20,000 bases of DNA from Proteromonas lacertae (Eukaryota). A program made the translations under genes and the position numbers. Numbering within the stretch: position 1 is the stretch's first letter; the number at the start of each line of letters is the position of its first letter. Shown piece after piece: positions 10,802-20,000 of this stretch. The notes under the pieces are model-generated. The model did no database searches. It was not told the DNA's origin and worked only from the letters and a program-made list of their open reading frames with translations. The stretch is taken from positions 44,048 to 64,047 of the forward strand of contig NGBS01000324.1 of assembly GCA_002245135.1 (NCBI GenBank), read 5' to 3'.

Positions 10802-13800
10802 ATGATTTTCGTTTTCATTTTAATTTTAACAGTTGTTGGTATAATTCATATTTGATATTATTGTTTAATATAGGGTCTTTTTGTCCAGAGTTAAAGAATG
10901 ATTCATATGCCCATTGGCATAAAGCATATGAAGGAGTTGTTTACGCGAAGTGTTTCGATGGTTATCGAAGTCATGGACCCAATGGAATGCCATTTCGAGA
11001 GTGTATAAACGATACTTGGCAGCCAATTGTTCTTCCTTGCCAAAAGTATGAAAAGAGAGAAATGGATGATTCTGCTGATTGTATATTTTGTGTTATTTAT
11101 ATAAATATTACAATAGGGCCACCGCGTCTTCAAATAGACTTAGATGATATGAAATATGAAAGTTTTAACAATACAATCAAGTATTCTGGTGATGTACATG
11201 TGAGTGATCCTGATGGATGTTTATTTGCTGAATTATTTGAAAGATCCTACAATAATACAATTTTCATTCAGTATGGATTAAGTGGACAAACATATCCAAT
11301 AAGTGATAGAGATATTCATATCATTAGTACTGCATATTGTTTTCCAGATCATAAGACAACTTTCCATATTGACGCTATTGTTTCACCAGAACCAACTTAC
11401 CCTTATTTCTTTGTGAGATTATGTCCACAATCTGATTGTCAAGTGAATGCATCCTATGTTGTAACTCGTATATAATATTCATATAATAAAACTTATAGAA
11501 ATTGCTTGTCTTCCAATAACTGAAGCAAATGCAACTCATAATGCAATGGTAGGTGGTGAAGCTTCAATAGGTGAATGTGCTGAATTTTATTATTATCCAA
11601 TAGAGGGTCAGAATCCTGAAAGAAAATGTGGACCTGATTTGATATGGGGTGAACCTGATACAAAGTGTAAAGAGTTAAGTATATATTCATATATTAATAA
11701 TGCATTATTATTCAAATAGATCGTCCTAAAGTAACAATAGATTATTCTCATCTTTTAATATCTTATGATAATCAAATCCATTATAGTGGTTATGTTACAA
11801 TAACAGCAAAAGAATGTTTGCCACATTCAATTGAAAAAGTATTTATTTACTACACAGCTAATCGTATAGCTGTAACTGGTATAAATACAAATGAATTTAT
11901 AACTGATTATTGTTGGCCTAATAACAGGGTTGTAGTGAATATAACAAGAATGGATGTTCCAAATGATTATACGATATTTTCAATAGGAGGATTTGGTAAT
12001 AAAAAAAGAGAAAGAAAATCATTTTTAGAATCATTCAGTATCGTTTGTGAAGAAAAGAATTTCAATCATGTTACAATGGAAAGATCATTTAAAGGTATAG
12101 GATATGGAAAATGTGATGAAAGGTATAAATGGAAAGAAGATTTCAAAAGACCACAAACAATTTGTAATGGAGAGAATCAATGGGTGGAAAATATAAAATG
12201 TGATTATTTTAGTATATTTTACTATAGTTATTAATTAAATAGAACCAGTAATGAATTATACATTCCAATTAGAATTTAGTGATGATGATAAATATGTATG
12301 GGGAGATGCATTAATTGATTCTGTAATATGTTCAAAAGAATCACATACATTTCCTAAATATTTGTATTTACGATATTGTTATAATAATGATCGTTGGATT
12401 TATTTAGATAATATACCTTCATGTCAATTAGAAAGACCATATAGGTTAATGATTCCAACAATGACAGGTCTTAATTTTATGGAATTTGAAGTGTCATATG
12501 ATGGTGGTAATAATAATAATAATTGGTTTGAGAGAAAGAAAAGTATGAATATTATGATAATTATTTCAAATAGTTTGGGTTTTTTGTTTAGCAGAGAATA
12601 AAGAGAATATCAATTGGCCTAAAACGAGATACACTGATGATGCTATTTTATATGATTATGAATGTCCATTATTTCATAAATATGAAGGAGAATCAATAGA
12701 TAATGGTGATACAATTATTCGTAACTGTTCTCAAAATGGATGGAATAATAATGATCATAAATGTGTTTATGTTAAACCAAGTATAATAATATTTATGATT
12801 ATATTATTATTGAATAGAATTTGGGATGGAAATTAATAATATCACAATTTGGAATGACAATCCAAATTACATAACATACACTAGAGTTGAATATAATGTA
12901 ACTGTGTATGATGAAAATGAATGTGTAGCTAAAAAGCCAGAGAAATTAATATTCAGAATATATATGTGGGAAAATGGTTATTGGTCACATAATGAAGATA
13001 AAGAAATAGATTACTGTTTTCCTGATGAAGGATTAATTGTAACTGGAGGAACAGGAAGAAATAGGCCAAGATATTTTAAATTGGAATTATTTAATTTACA
13101 GAAGAATATTCAATACTATGAGTATCAAGAATGTATGATTATAATATTTCATTGTATTTTTATTATTTTAATTAGGGATTTCATGTCTTGAAATTGATGA
13201 TAATAACAATCATTTTCATTGTCCATTTACAATAAAAGGTAAAACAGCTAAGTGTTGGTGTGATCCTTTATATGAATATCAAGTACCAGGACAATATTTT
13301 TACAGAAACTGTACAAATGGTGTAAGTTTTGATCCAGCAGATCAAAAATGTGTTTGGAGTCCTCCTGATCTAAAAATTAATATAACACAATTAGATTTTT
13401 CTTTGGATTATTATTATGGATATGTGAAAGGTAATTTGATAATTAATGATTTATCACCAGTTCCTAAATTGTTTGCAGAAAAGTTTGTGTATATTTTAGC
13501 ATGTTGGACTGATAAAGAGATTGATTTTAATAAAAATCAGGATTGTAGATGGGCTGAGAATAGATATGTGAGAAAATTTGATTATCCATTTGAGAATAAT
13601 ACATTAGTTATTCCTATCAATCTTAATAGTTATTTTATTAATATGACTCACTTTACAATAATGATTTCTCGAAATGATAATGGCAGAGATTTATCTAGAG
13701 ATAGAATGTATGATTACTATCATAAAAGTATATATATTTTGTTTTATTTCATTTTTATTTATATAGTTGATCATTGTCAAGCTCAAACTCTATTAGATGG

Positions 13801-16800
13801 TTCATATGTTAAATATCCAGCATCTTATCCAGGAATAATAAACTCAACATGTAGTGCTTTCTTTATACCAATGCCAAATGTTACTTTTACAAGAGAATGT
13901 AAAGCAGATGGTTTTTGGGCTGATAATGAAGCTAAATGTTGGTTAGGACCAAGTGATGGTTCTGGAGAAAAATGTATTTATATATATATATATATATATA
14001 TTTCTATTTTCAATAGTGGATCGATTTATAATAGATATATCAAATTTAACATTTTCATGGAAAGATAAAAATAGAAAAGGACTAATTTTAAATGGTGTGT
14101 TTACTGTAACAGATATATTAAATGGAAGTTGTGCTTTTTGTCCAGATGATGTTACACTACAATATGGATTTACAACAACTCTAGGTGATATATTCTATGG
14201 AAATAATGTTAGAAATTATAAATATCCTCTTATAAATAATTCTTTTACTGTTGATCCACCAAATGAACAATATCCATTTGTTGATGATTCTTTTTTATAC
14301 ATATTTTATGTTCAAATATGTATTGGAGAAGAAGGAGGTAGTTTATGTTCACTTGCTTTATCTCGTGTGAATAAAATAATAGGTTGTGCTACTAAAATTT
14401 ATAATGAAATCCGTTTGCCATATATATTAATGGATGAAAATGTTACTTATGGTTATTGTCCTGAAATATGGGTATATTCACAAGGCTTTCAACCGATAAA
14501 AGAATGTGGACCAGATGGTCAGTTTTTAGATATGCATCCAGATATTGAATATTGCTATTATGATGAACCAATTAGTATTCAATGGGATGTAAAAATGTAT
14601 TTAATTGAAAATGACTATTTCAGAGTTGAAACTAATTATTGGGTAAGAGATAAACATGCTTGTAATTATACAAGACCATATAACAGTTACCGTACAATGG
14701 ATTTAGTAGGCAAACCAGGTGATGATTATTATTATTGGTATAGCAATAATTACCCTGCAGTGTGTGGAGAAGGTCATAATTATACTCATCAATATCATAG
14801 ACATCGTATTGATACGTATAAGAGAAGTAGTTACTGGGCATATAAAGTTGTTAGGGCAAAAATAATTACTAATTACAAAGGTATAATTTGGGATAAAGAT
14901 AGGCAGTTGTATCTTTATCAGAATTATTATGGTTGTCCTCATTACGTTGTGAATAGAATAACATTCAATTTTGGTAATAACTCAGAATATAGAACAGGAG
15001 ATTGTGAATATTTCTCCAATGTGTATGGAAGTTCAGAAAAACCAAAACTTCAATGCCTTGGTGATAAATGGGAAGAATTTAACACAAATATTTCATGTAA
15101 GTTTGAAGAAAAGCATTTCGAAATTGAAGTAGTAGATTATGCAGCATCAGTGACAGAAGATGATTTAGCAAATTTGAATATTACATTGAAATTGATAGAT
15201 CATGATAATTGTGGCATTTGATTATAAACCAGATTATTTAAAATTAGAATATGAAATAGGTGAAAATCGATGGTATTATAATCACAGTACAATTGAAGAT
15301 GTAAGTTATTGCTTTGAGAATGGAGAAACAATAATTAATATTTATAATCTCACAGCAAACAATACAGAAGAAATAGATTTTAAAGTTAGATTATGGTATG
15401 ATAATACCACAATGGTTTTAGCCAGTTTTAGAAGGAGTATATATTTCTATTGTTATATTTTATAATAGGATATTGGTGTCCATTTTCTACATATAATTAT
15501 GTAAGATGGGATAAAAGTCCATTTGGAGTTGTTCAAGGTTATTGTCAGCCATTCTTCAAGAATTCTTCTGATGCTGTTTTAACAAGAACATGTAGAAATG
15601 ATGGTAATTGGGAAAATGATTATGTATCTGGTTGTTTAGAATTGGATTTACCATATTTTTCATTAGAATTTATTAACTTTGAAGGTATGTGGGTAAATGA
15701 AACTACAGGTCATTATAATATGTCATTTTCAGTTCATATTGTAAATACACTTTGTAGAATTATACCAAATTATGGTCATATTAGATTTGCATATACATTT
15801 TATGATTCTGATGAAATGGAAAGTTTTCAATTACCATATGTTAATACAAGTATATGTAATACAAAAGCCAGTTATAGCTATACAATATTTGCAGATATAC
15901 CTCCATCTATAAAATCAAATTATACACTTCATGCCAAAGTGTGTTTTGCAACAAAATATGAAATATGTGTTCATCCCAGAACTGAAGATGATGTTTGTAT
16001 ATTTATTATTCTTTTTTATTTTATTATTTAATAGTAATAAGATGTATTGGAGATGAAGAATACAATGCAACTTGGCCAAGTCAATTGGTTGGATTTAAAA
16101 GCGAATGGTACTTGTATTGAAGATCATGTATATGATGGACTTGATTTATATCCATCAAGAACTTGTGGTGCTAGAAATAAATGGACAAAACCAAAATTAC
16201 CATGTCGACCAATGGTTACACCTACTTTTGAATTTGATTTTAGTCATGTTACAACCTACTTAGAAAGTGATGATAGAACTGTTTCATTGAATGGCACAAT
16301 ATTTGTTAGAGATTTGAATTTATGTGAAAAATATAAACCATATGTTTATCTTCAGTATTATATATCTGGTAAAGAAAATGATTATGGAGATGATATATGG
16401 AGAGTAGACTATTGTTTTAAGAATAATGTTTTTGCAATTGATTATATAGATTTTCAAGAGATTGATGTTCTATATTTCAACGCTAGAATCTGTATTGATG
16501 ATATTGTGAAGAAGTAATTCAAACATACAGTCAATTTTTATTTTGTACAGCTGATTATTCATATGAGAATATTGTTTGGCCAAATTCTGTTCCAGGTAAT
16601 TATACAAAACCATGTGGTGAACCATCTGGTTGGTTAGGTCCAGAAGAATTTCCAACAAGAGAATGTTATAGAAATGGAACATGGTCAAAATTGCCATATA
16701 CATGTTATTTACCAAATCATTGGTGTCAAGCTGTTACAAGAGATAATGCGATATGGCCATTATCAATTCCAAAGATTTCATATGGTCGATGTATTGATAA

Positions 16801-19800
16801 TTATGTGAGTGTTGGACCAAATGGCAGACCAATGAGATTATGTACTGAAGATGGTCAATGGAGTACATTATACTATCCTTGTTATACAAATGATGTGAAA
16901 TATGTAAAGATATCAATAAAATATGTTGATAGTACAATTGAGAATAATAGATTCCATGTGAATGGTAAGATTCAAATGGTATATACTAATGATACATGTC
17001 GTTCAAATGGTGATTATTTGAATATATTATTAAATGCAACAGGAAAATTTGGTGTAGTTGATCCAAGTTATTATGAATTAGGATCAATTCTATTCAAATG
17101 TTCACTTGGTGTTATTTATGAAGCTGATTTACCTGATTCTATTTATTTGAATCCTCCAGATAATGAAATTGAAATAGCTATTAATTTAGATGATGGTGTA
17201 TTAGACAAAGATAGTAAAATATTAGGTTGTTCTAAAGATGAATATTTAAATTCATTTTGGAATACTTCTCATTTTGGTATATCCTATGGAACATGTGATG
17301 AAGGATTTATGTCTGATGGTGTTAATGGTAAACCTTCTCGATTGTGTAATAATGATGGCAAATGGGGATCTGAAGTGAATGATACATGCTATAAACCAAC
17401 ATATCAAGATTTAAAGTTTAATTTTGAGTATATGTCTAAATTTGTTGATGATGATACAAATTCCTTCTGTGTTTCTAATTTCATAATGTTTGATCATGTA
17501 GGATTATGTCCAGAAGCAGAGAAAGTGTTTGAATTACAATTGTTTTATAGATTTGGGTAATGAAACAGTAGATAAACAATATGGAACACAAACTGTGGAG
17601 TATATATGTGAAGATACAATAAGATTTTATTCACCAGATGTTTGTATTTATTCACATTCATCCAACAATATAACATTTACATTATATGCAGATGGAAATC
17701 CATCCATCAATACAAATGTAATAATAGGTTGTGCAGAGATAAAAGAAGGTCGTAATAATTGGTATTCATCATTAGTTGATATACAAGAAGGTTTTTGTGA
17801 TGAAGGTGGTTATATATCTGAAGGTATAACAGGTCGACCAATTAGAGAATGTCTAAGTAGTGGTGAATGGGGACCTATTTCTTACCAATGTATTTTACCT
17901 GAGTATAAATTCTATACAATCAATGTAACTGATTCATTTGTGAAAGCTGTAGAAGATGAGTTTTGTTTAGTTACTATTGATGTTAATTATTTTAAAGAAG
18001 ATTGTAATGGAACAGTTTATAATTATGCAAATCTACTATTCTTTCCATCAAATACAACAACCAACTTAGAATTCTATAACAATTTTACATTTAATTGTTT
18101 AGCATCAAGGAATTATCATATAAAACCAGATGGTGATGCTTGTATAAGTGGAAAGTATAATAAAGTAACATTATGGTTATATAATGATATTGATTATATA
18201 ATGAATACAACTGTAGATACTGGTTGTCATATTCAGTCATTATCTCATGCTTATTTTAATAATTCAATATTTGATCAAGAAATAGAAGGAGTATGTGAAG
18301 AAACATATTTAGCAATGAGTGAAAATAGCAAACCAAAAGCGAAATGTCAAAATAACAAATTGTTAACAATAATTGACACTTGCTATGCTGATGATTTTTA
18401 CACTAGTCGAATGGATGTAAATGATTTAGAAGTCTCAATAGCATATGATAGTAAATTCTGTATAAATAAAGAGATTCATATTTCAATTGAAGATGAATGT
18501 CGTGATCCACAAGCACCAATAAAATTGCAACTATTCTATGAAGTAGAGAAAGGCGAATTAATAAAATATAGTGATATTGATTATAAATGTGAAACATCTC
18601 AACTAATAAGTAATTTATGTTTCAATTCATCAATTTACAATGAAATCAAATGGTTTTTGTATTATGAAGATGAATTATTAGATAATAAGACAATGATATT
18701 AGGATGTAAACCATATAGAAGAGAGAGATTTGAATTACCAAGTAGTACATTTGGTTATAATGTCAGTAGTTGTTCAGAAGGATATGTATATAAAGGAGAA
18801 GAGGATAAACCAAAAGGTATTTGTAATAAAGATGGTGTATATGAGAATGTCACTTCCAAATGTTTTATACCAACATATATGGATACAAAATTTGAGTTAA
18901 AGAATCTGACTGTTTCATTACCTGTAGATATTAATAACACCTTCTCAGTAGGTGGAATGTTTGTTTACAATTCGAAATGGTTTATGTGATAATGTGAGTG
19001 TTGAATTGAGTTTGTCAATTTATTATCAATATGAAGAAAGTGATGATGAAGAGACTTATTTCTTTTCAAACTTTACCTATCATTGTAGTGAAGGTGTTAT
19101 ATCAACTCATAGATTTACAGATCCTTTAATGGTGAATGGTAGTTTATATAACAATATAACCCTTGTTAAGATATGAAGATACATTAATTAGCAAAAGCAG
19201 TTTAGTATTAGGATGTAAAGCAACAGAAGATGAATCAAGTATTTGGGAGAATTCATTATTAGGTGATGAAATAAATGGAACATGTAAAGAAGGATATGAA
19301 CTTGAAAATCAGTTAATTCCACCTTGTCGTGTATGTCATAGAAATGCATCTTATGGTTATATAATGAATGAATGTCGAAAGATATCCTTACAAAACAAAA
19401 GAACAGTCTTCCATTAATAATTGGATTATCTTTAGGATTTTTCTTTTTATTATTATTGCTGTTATTGCTGTTAATGTATGTTTATAAGAAATATCGAGAT
19501 AGTCAAAAAGAAAAAGCAATGAAAACAGTTATACCATCAGATGCTGATATTTCGTTTAGAACATTACCAAGTAGTGATAGTATTGCATTTAACAAATCAA
19601 ATTCTTCATCATCAGATGATGGTAATTCAAAAGCATTAACTCCCACATTATTTACTAATCCTGTGAAAATGCAAAATAAGAGAAATATACAATTAAAACC
19701 AATTGAAAAGCAGAATAAACCAGTGTTAACTTATGTTCCAAAGAAAATGCATTTGATACATTTATGTCAGCTAGAAATGATACTACTGTAAATGAAAGTG

Positions 19801-20000
19801 ATTTAACATTGAAAGTTAATAATAATAATGAAAAAGAAGATGAATTTGAATATAAACAATGTAAATCACAATAATTTCAATTCAATAATAATAGTAATAA
19901 TAAGAGCGAAAGTGAAAGTGAAAGTGGTAGTGAAAGTGATAATTCTACTACACCATTTATACCAAAAACATTACCAAGAGCTCCACCTAAATTAAATCCA
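10802..20000 (+). CDS. Giant modular type-I cell-surface glycoprotein (>2,900 aa): signal peptide, 17 four-Cys HRM/sushi-like modules with 15 beta-rich spacer domains, TM helix, Ser/Asn/Pro-rich cytoplasmic tail; 3' half frameshifted in this sequence and probably continuing past the window
   Basis: ATG 10802 gives MIFVFILILTVVG|SFCPEL after splicing. Twelve GTAT..TAG introns restore one frame: 10839-10873, 11081-11116, 11468-11498, 11679-11719, 12212-12242, 12543-12573, 12781-12817, 13133-13175, 13728-13766, 13974-14016, 15437-15468, 15997-16034. The TM segment LIIGLSLGFFFLLLLLLLLLMYVY (~19414-19485) is followed by KKYR, and N-x-S/T sequons are abundant. Frameshifts are needed near 15217, 16098, 16504, 17556, 18963, 19162, 19398 and 19745, and there is an in-frame TAA at 19872. 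Confidence 0.82.
10882..19375 (+). repeat. Protein-level tandem array of highly diverged [four-Cys module + beta-rich spacer] units, ~170-190 aa each
   Basis: Recurring approximate pattern C-x8-10-W-x10-C-x3-Y-x9-P-x-R-x-C-x3-G-x-W-x6-C, e.g. CQAVTRDNAIWPLSIPKISYGRCIDNYVSVGPNGRPMRLCTEDGQWSTLYYPC and CSKDEYLNSFWNTSHFGISYGTCDEGFMSDGVNGKPSRLCNNDGKWGSEVNDTC. Little nucleotide-level identity is visible by eye. Confidence 0.88.
13979..14001. repeat. (TA)11 microsatellite inside intron 10 (13974-14016) of the surface-protein gene
   Basis: Perfect TA alternation inside a 43-nt intron. Confidence 0.95.

Noticed and set aside
16514..16550. Intron-like GTAATT...TACAG explaining the frame break at 16517
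   Set aside because: The 37-nt version leads straight into TGA. The frame-restoring 17-nt version is far below the observed 28-nt minimum, lacks GTAT, and discards a Cys matching other spacers.
17525..17550. Intron-like GTGTTT...TATAG at the 17560 frame break
   Set aside because: 26 nt gives the wrong frame and removes LQLFY, which recurs in a later spacer.
15210..17560. Euplotes-like programmed +1 frameshifting at stop codons (ATT TGA, GGG TAA)
   Set aside because: Only two of at least eight breaks have this form. Others are -1 or distant from a stop, there is no shared slippery motif, and the three housekeeping genes need no frameshifts.
18958..18965. TGTTTGTT, the Blastocystis polyadenylation-associated motif linked to stop codons created by poly(A) addition; a second copy lies at 10155-10162
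   Set aside because: Cleavage about 5 nt upstream would fall in GTA GGT GGA and create no stop in the coding frame, and the motif coincides with a suspected indel. The 10155 copy is not at the end of a supported + strand gene. The genes whose 3' ends are visible here have genomic stop codons.
19872..19874. Stop-codon reassignment suggested by an in-frame TAA
   Set aside because: Single instance in an indel-rich zone. TAA and TGA terminate AP4E1, SAC3 and EXO84 normally, and none of them has internal stops after splicing.
1..20000. CRISPR arrays, transposases, tRNA/rRNA genes, telomeric repeats
   Set aside because: None recognisable by eye. Almost the whole window is explained by spliced protein-coding genes, and the large repeat exists only at protein level.

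Overview
Very AT-rich, gene-dense eukaryotic DNA with tiny spliceosomal introns. I reconstructed 24 introns by hand, 28-43 nt long, all starting GTAT and 23 of 24 ending TAG. This architecture suggests a low-GC Blastocystis-like protist (inference only). The fragmented ORF track collapses into four genes. (1) AP-4 complex epsilon adaptin, 5'-truncated, <1..2202 +. (2) A 9-exon, 1601-aa SAC3/GANP-family mRNA export factor with N-terminal RRM-like and CCCH domains, 7378..2315 -. (3) A 5-exon, 666-aa exocyst subunit Exo84, 7466..9600 +, divergent from (2) across 87 bp. (4) A giant (>2,900 aa) type-I membrane protein, 10802..>20000 +, with a signal peptide, 17 four-cysteine HRM/sushi-like modules interleaved with 15 beta-rich ~100-130 aa spacer domains, one TM helix and a cytoplasmic tail. 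About 1 kb of apparent gene debris lies between (3) and (4). The most striking observation is that all 12 introns of gene (4) are phase 1 and sit at module boundaries, the signature of exon shuffling in animal extracellular proteins. Its 3' part is intron-free and carries at least 8 frameshifts that become denser toward the window end; assembly error is the most likely cause.
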